Source: Catajapyx aquilonaris | Taxonomy: Eukaryota | NCBI GenBank assembly: GCA_000934665.2 | Contig: JYFJ02001671.1 | Coordinates: 53,090 to 73,089, forward strand | Reading direction: 5' to 3' | Length of the DNA stretch: 20,000 bases | Shown: positions 9,401-19,905 of the stretch, in pieces | Layout: the number at the start of each line of letters is the position of its first letter | How positions within the stretch are numbered: the first letter of the stretch is position 1 | Notes under the pieces: generated by a model | Database searches by the model: none | Told to the model about the DNA's origin: nothing | What the model saw: only the letters and a program-made list of their open reading frames with translations | Translations under genes and position numbers: made by a program

Positions 9401-12400
9401 CCCGGGGGAAAGGAAGCTCCGAAGGGGGGCCACAGTTTGCAATGTCGACTGCCTGGGGCCGTTGTTGTAAAAGCGGCAGTGGAAATTGCAAGCTGCTCGT
9501 ACTGTGTTTTTTTTGGCCTGTTTGCCGTTATAGATGTTTGCAAAAATAGTAGAAGAGAGAGGGGTCCAAATAATGTGGGTGTCAAAATGTGGAGGCGATA
9601 ACTATTGTCAAATTGGGCCATTTGCAGCCGGCAGGGGGGAATGCCCCCAATACCACAGCGGGTGCAGCAAGCCATGGGACAAGCGGTGGCCAATGCAGCG
9701 GTGAATGAGTTAATGGACATGTTCGGCAGTCATAAGTAAGCCCACCCCAGTGTGTCCCCCCCTTCAAAAAAATGCAATACAATCCAAATCCCCAAATCCC
9801 GTCCCCAAGAACGAAGCTCTCTTTAGTTGGTCTGTGTCTAATCAACTCTAAAAAAAAGAAATTCCGGGGAAACTGAGAAAAAAAGTGTGAATAACTTCCT
9901 AACCTCCCCCCGATTGTGTTGTGGTTTTTTAGTCAGTTTAAAACAAATAATCTGCCTTAGGCAGGAGCATGCTGGCTTCAGTGTTTTTGGGAAAGAGCAA
10001 AAAAAAAAAAGGCGGACACTGCAATGTAAGAGCTTTGTGGTGAGGGATCTTTCTCTTTTTGCGGTAGAGCTCATGCCAAACATCTCTCGCACTCAAAATT
10101 TTTAATTCCGATCAGTATTTAAATGCCGAGCTTGGCAGTTGCTTTTTTTTGGGGGTTTGGTTTTGTCCGTGCAGGCTTTGGGGATTTGTTAAAATGCAAG
10201 TGCGGGAAAGCACAGGTGTAATTTTAGTGCTCTCTATTGTAATGTGTATATAATAATCGGTATGTATAATGGACAAGTAAGACAACAACTCAAAAAAAAA
10301 GAGCAAAAAAAAATGGAAAAATATTTGCCTTGCACCCGTTGTTTTTTCTTTGTCCGCTAATTAGTAACATCAGTCAATTATTAACCCAAGTAATAATGCA
10401 CCTGTGCATTAAGTAGTTTTCACAATGTCATATTTATATTTTACTGTTGTAGATATTGTTAAATAACGTTAATGGTTAAGTGAAAAAAAAAGGAGACGTG
10501 GTTATGTAACGAGAGGCCCTCTCTCGATGTTAACTCCCCAAACGTTGATGTAAATTTTAAAAAGAAAAAAAAGCTTGTTGACTAATTAAGTGTGGGGGAT
10601 GATGTTGAAGAAATTTATTGCCGTTTGGTTTTTCTTTGCGATTAACCGAAGCGAATTAAAACATTCCAGCTGTGTTGTAGCCTCTGTGTTTTAGAGAGAA
10701 AAAAATAAAAAAAGTAAAATATGGGAAAACGGATAATGTGAGTAGCAAGTTTAAAAAGCAAAAGGCGTCTCGCACACAGTCTAAAATAGGCTCTTAGACT
10801 CAGTATTCATTCCAAGTTTTTGTGATGCGTGTTTGCACATGATGTCTTAGGTCTGGTGATCGTTACAGTTTTTAAATTACGGTTTTAATTATTTCAGTTA
10901 CCATTTTTAAAAACTCCCCCTCCCCCACGGGACATGAGATGTTTAAAAGGCAGGGATCTGTGCAAACTGTATATTCTTCAGTCCTCAAAGGCATTGAATC
11001 TATATTACTACGGTACATAATTATATTATATATTCCATGTATGACGTGTTATCGGAGGAGATTGTAAGATTTTCAGGGCGGGAAGGGGGGGAAATTAGCA
11101 ATGGAAGATAACATTTAAATGAAAAAAGCTTCCTTGGGTTATTGAATTGCCTCAGGATTAATTAAAGTCAATTTATTTTTTTCCCCCCGCAAATTTGGAT
11201 ACTCAGTAGGTGATATGCAATGTCATGTATAGCAGCGGAATTAATTTCTATAAGCCATCGGCTTTTTTTTTTCTTCAAATGCGGCAAGACTTCCGAGTCG
11301 ATGGTTGTACCTGAGAAAAATTTTGTTTTAAATAATTTTGTTCGTCGATCCTTCGTTACCATGTAGTGACTTTTAACTGTAGAAAAGCATAACGATGTAA
11401 TATTCACTCCTTAAAAAATCCAAGGCCTCAGTAATAGTGTGATATTAAACTGGCTGTTGAGTTGTGTGATTAGCGTTTTAGAATGTGCAAGTATTGCCTC
11501 CAAAAAAAAAAAGAAAGTCACTTGCGGTGTTTTTAAACGCACTGTTAGCGCATGGACGTCAAATTGTGTCGCAGTACTTGCATATTTGAGCACCAGGTCA
11601 CATGCGAACTGCTTTTTTGGATCATGTCATGTGTCACCTCTCGAGGGTCACATTATGCATTACTTCCCATGTCAGGGGGCAGGTGTATGTTAAGTAAAAC
11701 CACTCGAAGCAGAGTATGCTGCACATGTAAATTATTATTTTTAATATGTGTGAACCTCACGAGTGGGAGGTTGCTCTTTTTTTTTCTGGGAGTGTTTGTG
11801 TGGATATTTTATGTCCTCGACCCTTCCTCCCCTTTTCCCCGTTCAAATAAGAAAAAAATATCCTCCTCCCTCCCTTTTACCTCACACGTGTAAGTTAAGA
11901 TCCATATGTGTATGTGGGAGCTGCAGAATTAAATAAATGTTGCAGTATACAAGAGCCCAAAATTTTGCGTGAATTATACAAAATAATAATGGGTGCTGGT
12001 TTCTTCCGAAGAAAAAAATAGACACATGGTTTTGAACAAGAAAAATTACACCCAACGTTTCACACGCTTTTGCTCTGTCACGTAGTTTTTGTCACGTAAA
12101 TGTTTCGAGGTTTCAAAATAGCACCACGTTTTTAGCTTACATGTACATTATTTTTTTATTGCCGTCTCAGTGGTTTTAGTGTGTTCTGTGTGAGGCTGGG
12201 AAAAATTGTACAGTTCCATGTGGCATTACTGGCGTAAACTTCGAGTAGGGAATTATACTGAAACGAAAAAGGAGCTCCCCCGAAGCTCCGGTGGTTAGAA
12301 GTGGTCATTGCCACGGAAAACAAACAAAGTGGGCAAAATTGGTTGAAATAAAGTCTTCCATGTACAAGGCAAGGAAACCTTCATTGCTATTTATTTTCAC

Positions 12401-13196
12401 ACACAACATACATCCAGATAATGCCCTCTTTAAAAATATATATATATATATTTGTAGCGGTAAAGTTGAGTAAGTGCATCTGCGATTTGACAATAATGTT
12501 CATGTGCTCGGATCGTAACGATCGGCTCTTCATGCCGAAATGTTGTTTAACGAGGCAATTTCCATCTGCCAATTGGCACAATTAGTACTGAACATTTAAA
12601 TTACTTGAACCTTTAAAGTAATGTGGGATTGAAAAAAAAATTTCACTGCAGTTTGACCGGGTAAAAATTCTCGAGGCAATTTTGGCTGATCTTAATAATT
12701 GTAATTAGTGTGCGCTTGCTCTGCTTTACCTTACACAAGTTTTTAAGTGACAAGGCAAATTGTGGCGTGCTTTCTTAGCCGTGCTGCTGGTCCAGTTTTT
12801 TTTTAGGAGTGTTGTTGTATGTTTTATGCTTTGGTCTCTATAGTTCTGATTATTAATGTGAGGTAATCGATATGTTTTAGTTCATAGTTTTTATTACAGG
12901 TGCACCGCTTTGGCACAATAACTCCCTCCCCCAACACTAGCTCGGCATGTTAGTTGCATGATCTTGCAACTAACAGTTGACTAACCTTGCATGGCATCCA
13001 CCGTAATTAACACCACGTTAAAGTTGATTGCCACTGTCACAATATTTTGATGTTGACGCAACTTCCCAAAGACACAAAACAAAACCCGAAGAAACTTGAC
13101 AATTTCTTTTTACTGTTTTCATTTTTTAGGCGACCTGTACCCACGATCCCTCCTCGAATCCAGGACAGGCCTCCAGTTCCAGCCAGGCCAAACTAG
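206..13196 (+). CDS. shi: Classical dynamin GTPase (shibire/DNM-like), 5'-partial, multi-exon. Exons: [206-409 or 644-847], 1238-1430, 1495-1704, 1781-2126, 2238-2395, 3803-3971, 4264-4386, 4456-4575, (microexons), 6333-6536, 6602-6789, 7178-7387, then alternative 3' exons 9628-9739 and 13130-13196
   Basis: The spliced translation gives dynamin hallmarks: G3 DLPG, G4 [15 protein letters not shown], middle domain ([40 protein letters not shown]), PH domain ([26 protein letters not shown]...[13 protein letters not shown]), GED ([19 protein letters not shown]...[19 protein letters not shown]) and a Pro/Arg-rich tail. All introns are GT-AG with matching phases. The P-loop and switch I are not in the window. 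PH plus PRD indicates classical dynamin rather than Drp1/Vps1. Confidence 0.96.
644..847 (+). CDS. shi: Dynamin GTPase-domain exon, copy B (G3/switch II), candidate mutually exclusive exon
   Basis: tttcag|tcctg...caag|gtatct; 204 nt, phase 1-1; encodes (V)[67 protein letters not shown](G). Confidence 0.92.
1075..1151. repeat. Intronic inverted repeat / pre-miRNA-like hairpin
   Basis: gaagggtcgccccaaataatgttgtaagtga (1075-1105) pairs with tcacttacaacagtattcggggcgacccttc (1121-1151): 29 of 31 positions complementary, 15-nt loop. Confidence 0.85.
4687..4692 (+). CDS. Candidate 6-nt microexon (Gly-Thr) in the dynamin PH-GED linker
   Basis: Branch point taactaac (4649-4656), pyrimidine tract, then ttatag|GGAACG|gtaagt; phase 0-0 matches the flanking exons. 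Confidence 0.7.
5589..5594 (+). CDS. Second candidate 6-nt microexon (Asn-Glu) in the dynamin PH-GED linker
   Basis: About 125 nt of AG-free, pyrimidine-rich sequence upstream, then tgctggtttctacag|AATGAG|gtgtgt; phase 0-0; TGCATG at 5623-5628. Confidence 0.5.
8363..8430. repeat. Perfect 33-bp inverted repeat with a 2-nt spacer
   Basis: aaaagtgcgagcgcaagatgtgactagtgaagg-tt-ccttcactagtcacatcttgcgctcgcactttt; the arms are exact reverse complements. Confidence 0.97.
9628..9739 (+). CDS. shi: Dynamin alternative C-terminal exon (S)[36 protein letters not shown]
   Basis: tttgcag|c acceptor in phase 2 with the 7387 donor. It completes PLIPSR and resembles, from memory, the QAV..AAINEL-type tail of long insect shibire isoforms. 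An internal donor aa|gtaagc at 9735/9736 overlaps the stop. Confidence 0.8.
13130..13196 (+). CDS. shi: Dynamin distal terminal exon [21 protein letters not shown]
   Basis: Strong pyrimidine tract and ttttag|g acceptor, phase 2; Pro/Arg-rich peptide with PxxPxR SH3-ligand motifs typical of dynamin PRDs. Confidence 0.85.
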
Positions 13197-14244
13197 AGAA
13201 ATAATTTAAAAAAAGTGTGTGTGTGTGTGGGACGCTTTCGTGACCACAGTACGAACTGTGATGGGTAAGGAATAATAAGAGTCACAGCGGGCCACGTCTC
13301 GTCAGCAGCAGGAGTCGTCGAGGAGTTGCGGGGGAAAATACCAGGCAAGCCTTTTTTTTTTTACATGTTGCGGGCCCAATTGTGCGGTGCAAATAGTCAT
13401 TGCGTCTGCGCAGGGGTCCCCGAGCCTGATATTAGCCGGGGTTGCACTTGTTACCTGTACCGAGGGAAGCAAGCTGCTTTTACCAGCCAGGTGTGTGATA
13501 ATCCTTCCCATTTGAAATGTAATTGTTCTGAACAGTGACACAGTGGGTTCGAAGCCGTTACGGTTTCATGCAATTATTATTATTATTTTTTTGCCTCTTG
13601 GACACCTATTGTTTGAATCACCAACCAAGTAGTGTTGAATGTTTGTTTTTTCTTGTTGTTTGTGCGATCACTGTTGCAGTTAGGAACATTTTGTGTATAA
13701 AGTAGCCCCCCTCCCCCTGAGTACGATCACATCCTGTTAATTATTTTGTTTTGCCAAAGCCCAGCATTATAATTATTATTATAATAATATATATATTTTT
13801 GACATTGTAATGTGTACAAAACCCCCCCACACAATTGTTTTTCCTCAATAATTTGGTGCTTTTTAAACTATAGTAAAAAAGACACAACATTCCTGACCGG
13901 ATGCTCCTTTTGAAGCATTTCAGCAAATGAAAAAAGAAAGTACTGATTGTCTGAAGCTCTTTTTATTATTATTTGCATTATCCTCGTAGCTTTCTGTTGC
14001 AGTTTAATGAGGCGTTACGGTGTTTTTTTTAATGGTTTTAGCGGTAGAGCCAAAGCAACTATGGCTATTTGGCTATAAGAATATTCAAAGGTGGGACAGA
14101 TGGAGAGAGAAACGAAGAGGAAAAAGAAGAGAGGAAAGACTGGTATCTCTCTTAGTCTGTCTCCTATCCCAAAGACCTGTCCGACTTGGGCGGCCCTACC
14201 AGTAGACGAAGCTACCGCCGACATAGTTACGGCATGCAGGTATA

Positions 14245-14776
14245 CACTCTAAGAAATGTCCGGGTTAAATGTATTTATCCCGGAAAAAAGATCACTTTTG
14301 TCATGGTTATTTAACCCGAACATTTCTTAGTCATGGTTATTTAACCCGGACATTTCTTAGTCATGGTTAACCCGGACATTTCTTAGTCGTGGTTATTTAA
14401 CCCGGACATTTCTTAGTCATGGTTAACCCGGACATTTCTTAGTCGTGGTTATTTAACCCGGACATTTCTTAGTCATGGTTAACCCGGACATTTCTTAGTC
14501 ATGGTTATTTAACCCGGACATTTCTTAGTCATGGTTATTTAACCCGGACATCTCTTAGTCACGGTTATTTAACCCGGACATTTCTTAGTCATGGTTATTT
14601 AACCCGGACATTTCTTAGTTACGGTTATTTAACCCGGACATTTCTTAGTCATGGTTATTTAACCCGGACATTTCTCAGAATGTATACACTCTAACAAATG
14701 TCCGGGTTAAATAACCATGACGAAAGTGATCTTTTTTCCGGGATAAATACATTTAACCCGGACATTTCTTAGAGTG
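14245..14776. mobile_element. Two inverted copies of a short non-autonomous TIR element (CACT termini, TA-flanked; EnSpm/CACTA-like MITE): 14245-14682 with internal tandem expansion, and 14687-14776 (90 bp)
   Basis: Each copy has TIRs of the form cactctaagaaatgtccgggttaaat...atttaacccggacatttcttagagtg and is flanked by TA. The second copy is the near-exact reverse complement of the first about 85 bp of copy 1. No transposase ORF is present. The superfamily is inferred from the termini only. Confidence 0.7.
14300..14677. repeat. Tandem array of 13 units (10 x 30 bp and 3 x 26 bp), consensus gtcatggttatttaacccggacatttctta
   Basis: Counted directly; units abut with no spacers, and the 26-bp variants lack 4 nt (attt). 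Confidence 0.95.
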
Positions 14777-15074
14777 TATGAAACCATGTCAGCTGTAATA
14801 ACCTAGGCATGCTACAGCCAAATCGTATTCTTTTGAAACGAATACAGACGGTTAGCTGCCTGTGGTCTGTTTTAGCCGAGGTCAGATGGAAAAGGAGTCT
14901 GTTATATCATTCCGCGCCATTTTTTTTTTTCGAAATATTCGCCCGCCAGAGGGCCGTAGCAGTTATTTCTTTTGTCACATCCGCTGCTTATTAGTTCGTG
15001 CCAGAGCTGCTATGCTCGATTCGGTCGCCCCGATCCTCTCTGATTATTAGAGAGAAGAACAAGAGGAAGCGAAG

Positions 15075-17323
15075 ATGTCGGAGGTGGACCAGTGGATCGA
15101 GGTGGCCAAGGAGTGCAAGTACCTGCCTGAAAATGACCTCAAGGTAAGGAGGGAGGGAACACAATTGGGGGGGGTGGCCCCCGCCCCCCAAGCACCAGAT
15201 TTTGGGCAAGTAATTATTTGTACAACCCTCCCTCAAATTGAGCAGAAGCTGTGCGACATTGTGTGCGACCTTCTGTTGGAGGAATCGAACATCCAGCCCA
15301 TGTCCACCCCGGTCACCGTCTGCGGGGACATACACGGACAGGTCAGCGGGGGTCATATGGTGGGGGGGTCGTCGTAGGTTAAGGGGTTAACACGCTCTCT
15401 CCTTTTGTTAGTTCTACGACCTGGAGGAGCTGTTCCGCACGGGGGGCCAGGTCCCGGAGACCCACTACATCTTCATGGGGGACTTTGTGGACAGGGGGTA
15501 CTACAGCCTGGAGACCTTCACCAGGCTGCTGACCTTAAAGGCCAAGTGGCCAGAGAGGATCCTGCTGCTCAGGGGGAACCACGAGTCCAGGCAGATCACA
15601 CAGGTCTACGGGTTCTACGGTGAGGACAGAAGCCACTGGACTGGCTTAGTCACTTGCGAAAAGTTTGTACGTACAATGAGGCTCAAGCACGGTGCAAGAC
15701 CGGACAGGATTTGCACAGTCCGGCTGAATTACGGACAAAGTTCTTGAAATCCTTTTCAAGTCCTTCAAGTTCAGACAAAGTTTCAGAAGTCTTTTGAAGT
15801 CCGGACAAAGTTTGTGTATTCCTATTGAGATCGTTGAAGTCCAGACATAGCTTTTCAAGTCCTACTGAAGTTCAGACAACTGTCTGGACATAGTTTGTGA
15901 AGTCTGAACAACTTTGTGAAATCCTATTGAAATCCAGACAAAATTATGAAGTCCTATTGAAATCCAGACAAAATTATGAAATCCTATTTAAATCATTGAA
16001 AGCCAGACAAAATTATGAAGTCCTATTGAAATCATTGAAATCCAGACTAAATTATGAAATCCTATTGAAATCCAGACTAAATTATGAAGTCCTATTGAAA
16101 TCCAGACAAAATTACGAAGTCCTATTGAAATCATTGAAATCCAGACTAAATTATGAAATCCTATTGAAATCCAGACTAAATTATGAAGTCCTATTGAAAT
16201 CCAGACAAAATTATGAAATCCTATTTAAATCATTGAAAGCCAGACAAAATTATGAAGTCCTATTGAAATCATTGAAATCCAGACTAAATTATGAAATCCT
16301 ATTGAAATCCAGACTAAATTATGAAGTCCTATTGAAATCCAGACAAAATTATGAAATCCTATTTAAATCATTGAAAGCCAGACAAAATTATGAAGTCCTA
16401 TTGAAATCATTGAAATCCAGACTAAATTATGAAATCCAACTGAAGTCTGGACATAATTTGTGAAATCTGGCTGGAGTCTGCGACTAAATTTGTGAAGTCC
16501 TATTGAAATCCAGGCAAAGTGTGTGATGTCCGTCGTACACTATAGCATCAAGTGACTAACCCTTTGTCATAATCATGTGATCACGATGATTAATTACAAT
16601 AATTATGATTCCAGATGAGTGTCAAAACAAGTACGGGAATGCGAATGCGTGGAGGAACTGCTGCAAGGTGTTCGATCTGCTCACGATCGCGGCGGTAAGC
16701 TCTGTTGCGATACTAATTAAGGGGCGTAATTGACACCGGGTTTTTGAATCGCAGCTTATAGACGAGAAGGTGCTGTGTGTTCACGGCGGGCTTTCTCCAG
16801 ACATACGCACGTTAGACCAGATACGGACCATAGACCGCAATCAGGAGATTCCACACAAAGGTACACGGTTTGGTAAGTTCTGTCTGATAAAAGTACTGAA
16901 CATGTTTTGTCGACAGGTGCATTTTGCGACTTGGTGTGGTCCGATCCGGAGGATGTCGAGGGTTGGTCCGTTAGTCCCAGAGGCGCAGGTTGGCTCTTTG
17001 GGTCGAAGGTTACTCACGAGTTTATGGATATTAACAACCTCAAGCTGATATGTCGAGCGCATCAGTTGGTTCATGAAGGTACGATTGTGTCAGGTGCGTC
17101 ATGTATGATCTAATTGTCATCTGATTTTGCAGGGTACAAGTACATGTTTGACGACAAGCTGGTGACGGTGTGGTCCGCCCCGAATTACTGTTACCGCTGC
17201 GGTAACATCGCATCCATTTTGGCCTTCACAGACGCGGATACCCGCAGCCCGAAGCTTTTCCATGCCGTTCCAGACTCCCAGAGAGTCATACCTCCCAGGC
17301 AGACCACGCCTTATTTCCTCTGA
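15075..17323 (+). CDS. PPP6C: Serine/threonine protein phosphatase 6 catalytic subunit (PP6/PpV/Sit4), 303 aa; exons 15075-15143, 15246-15341, 15412-15619, 16615-16694, 16755-16860, 16917-17078, 17133-17323
   Basis: PPP motifs GDIHG, GDFVDRG, RGNHE, HGGLSP, RAHQ and SAPNYC; PP6-type N-terminus [23 protein letters not shown] and C-terminus TTPYFL. The exons sum to 912 nt (303 codons plus stop), all introns GT-AG. Confidence 0.96.
15918..16430. repeat. Intronic minisatellite (8 x 30-bp and 7 x 39-bp units) in PP6 intron 3, with degenerate flanking copies over about 15700-16530
   Basis: Unit gaa(a/g)tcctattgaaatccagac(a/t)aaattat; the 39-bp variant carries an extra 9 nt (tgaaatcat-like). It lies inside intron 15620-16614. 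Confidence 0.93.
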
Positions 17324-17693
17324 ATGAAATGCCCCCCCGCCATCTCGTTAATAATTTTTGATATACAGAAACTTGACAATGTGAGGCCAACAATTGCACG
17401 CGATTTAATCTGCAGTATTTGTGCGTCATGAGTGGATGTACATATAGCATTCCGAGTTGTTTTCAGTGTTCGGGGGAAAACATTAAAAAATGAACTGTTA
17501 GTTTTTACATTCGTATGAGTGTGGCGGACTGTGAATTTGCCTCTGATGAATTAATAATAAAAATGTGACCATACGCCCTGATAATTATTGCTTCGCTAGG
17601 TTTGCATGCGTAGGAAGTTCTGTTTGTCTTTTAGTATCGTGCGGAATAATGGTGATCAATATCATGGTGTACGTTGCAATGCAGTGCACAGCG

Positions 17694-19814
17694 ATGATTC
17701 GGTTGGTCATCGTAGCCGCAACGGTCTTCGGCTTGACCCCTGACCTTACACGTCGCGACGATGACACGGAGACTGAAGTGGTCACCAAATTTATTTCGCA
17801 CCTTTTAAAAGAAGTCGGTTGCAACACTCGTTTGTACCATGATTTCGACACAATTCCGGATTCGCTCCTGCGTTTCATACGAGATGTAGCGCCAATTGAA
17901 TTGCATGATGTACAGAGCATGCCGGATGTTACTTTACGTACAGCATATACGGATCAAGTACACAACTTCTTACCGCGATGGAAATGTCCCAGAAAGCTGG
18001 ACAAGCATGTGCCGCCGCCTCCTCAGCCGGAAGGCGGCTCCTGCGTGTTGCATGCAGTCTTAGCCGATAGTGGAGGCGTACAGAAGGTGGTCAGCACGCT
18101 CATGTACTTGTCAACTGCACGTACAGGCCAGTCGGTACAGCTGGACCATCACATGCTGCTTGTTTGGAACCGGGACGGTCGCCTCGAGGTCGCAGATGAC
18201 ATGCGGTTCAAGCTGTACCGTCAGATCAAACTTCAGCATGATCGTATCCAGCTGTATGGCATCGGTTGTAACGGTACGTAGCGATGATTAATAACGATGA
18301 ATGCTAATCGCAATATGCTTATAGATACGAGTCTTCACAACGTCTGCAATTTGACCACCGGGTTCGAACAGTGCGAACCGGTTTTTGCACGTCCGGCTTG
18401 CAAGTTCAACGGTGCCGCCCTGCAGATTCTGGTGCTGGTTCCGTTCGGAGGGAAATCTGGCAGAGCGCGATCAAGCATAAGCGAGACACATCCGTTCTAC
18501 ACGCCACCACATGTCGTACGATCCGTAGCGAGCATACTTGACTTCACGCCGAACATGACGTACGGCGGACTTCACTATTATTTTCATACGTACAGGAACG
18601 GAACTTGCGAGGTACAAATTGTCATCGCTGCAGCGATGAATTGAACGAACGTGACATATTTTCAGGGGTACGCTGGGTTCCTGTATGACCAATCGTACGA
18701 TGTCATATTCCACGTCGGGCTGCCCCAGATTCTAGGCACTTACGACAGGGTGGAATTGACCATCCCGTACTTTCACGACCACTACACTTTCTACGTCCTG
18801 AATCCACGAGTGTTGTATCCATGGAATTCGTTCATGCAACCGCTGCGAGGCGAAGTATGGTTCGCTCTAGTCGGCGCTTACGTATCAGCGTGCACCGTGT
18901 TGTGGTTGGCCAAACGGGTCGTGTCGCCTGGAGAGCCGATAAGTCGTTGCTTCCAGGACATACTTGGGTTGATCCTGGAGCAGTCGGTGAAGACCCCGAA
19001 GGCGGCGGTACTCCGGTTGTTCTTTGCTGTGTTCTTCGTGTCGTTTCTGATCGTCGTTTGGGGCTACAAGGGAAGGCTTGTGGCGTACCTGACCATGCCG
19101 AGACGGGAGTGGATACCGAGGTAAGTGGAACGAGTTTGAAAAGCGGCTGACCACCCTTGTAGGACTTTTCAGGATCTGTCCGAGAGCGACTACAGCTGGG
19201 TCTTCTTCGGGAATATCTTTCGTGACGGGCTGGCCGAATACGCTGCATTGCCAACAGTCAAGACGTTCCGAGCCATTCTGCCCAGAATAGACACTGCATT
19301 TGTACTTGTCGATGACGACATTACGTGCATCGGATCGTGCATGGCGTCCCCTAAGAATGCGTGTGTGGGCACCCGCTTCTTCATGGACCAAACAGTCCAG
19401 AAGCTGTACAGCGACCGGCTTGGCGACCACCTCCTGACGCACTCGGATGAGCAGCTGTTCATGTTCGGGTATGCTGCAGTCACTAGTCGCAAGTGGCCGT
19501 ACTCACACCTGCTGGCACAGGGAGTCTCCAGGCTATGGGAGACAGGCGTCATACCCTTCTTGTACACAACAATGAAGCGAGACACTTGGTTCTACAGCCG
19601 CCAGGGGAATGTGACCAAGGCCCTCAATTCATCCCTGGTGAACGAGTACGCCTGTGATCGGCCTATCAAATGGGACATGGTCGAAGGCGTGTTTGGAATA
19701 CTGTTGAGCGGGTACCTACTGGGATTCGTGGTCATACTGGCTGAACTTGCACGCTCAAGCATTAATAAGAAAGCGATGCACGGGGAACAGGACATGTACC
19801 AGTACGTGCCATGA
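17694..19814 (+). CDS. Divergent ionotropic receptor (variant iGluR, chemosensory IR family), about 657 aa; exons 17694-18273, 18325-18611, 18666-19120, 19163-19814 (start could be an upstream in-frame ATG at 17649, 17664 or 17679)
   Basis: Signal-like MIRLVIVAATVFG; FMQPLRGEVW followed by TM1; pore-like FQDILGLILEQS; TM RLFFAVFFVSFLIVVWGYKGRLVAYLTMP (degenerate SYTANLAAFLT); PRTFQDL; RLWETGVI; final TM VEGVFGILLSGYLLGFVVILAE. The exons sum to 1974 nt in frame. Confidence 0.85.
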
Positions 19815-19905
19815 AATGATTGGGCAAGAAAGTGGCGTCGGTTGAGCAGGATTGGATTATTGCAACAACAAGAAATTAAAACTAGTAAGTATTCTTATTG
19901 ATGTA

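Noticed and set aside
7969..12921. Other phase-2 acceptor-plus-stop candidates (7969 SLVIHD..., 8645 SMLRK*, 9534 SCLQK*, 12900 SCTALAQ*)
   Set aside because: T-rich sequence yields many pseudo-acceptors, and these peptides neither complete PLIPSR nor resemble dynamin tails. They cannot be supported without RNA data.
12437..13229. Short (TA)n and (GT)n microsatellites and poly-A/T runs
   Set aside because: Ordinary simple repeats of fewer than 10 units.
14300..14677. 30-bp repeats resembling a CRISPR array
   Set aside because: The units abut with no unique spacers, there are no cas genes, the context is eukaryotic, and the unit derives from the element's TIR.
15897..16463. 188-aa repetitive ORF ([10 protein letters not shown])n as a nested gene
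   Set aside because: It coincides exactly with the intronic minisatellite, starts at GTG and has no splice or homology support. The open frame follows from unit lengths divisible by 3.
105..19795. Minus-strand ORFs overlapping dynamin, PP6 and IR exons (e.g. 105-392, 7019-7468, 14991-15356, 18885-19442)
   Set aside because: They are antisense shadows of GC-rich coding exons with no independent coding signal.
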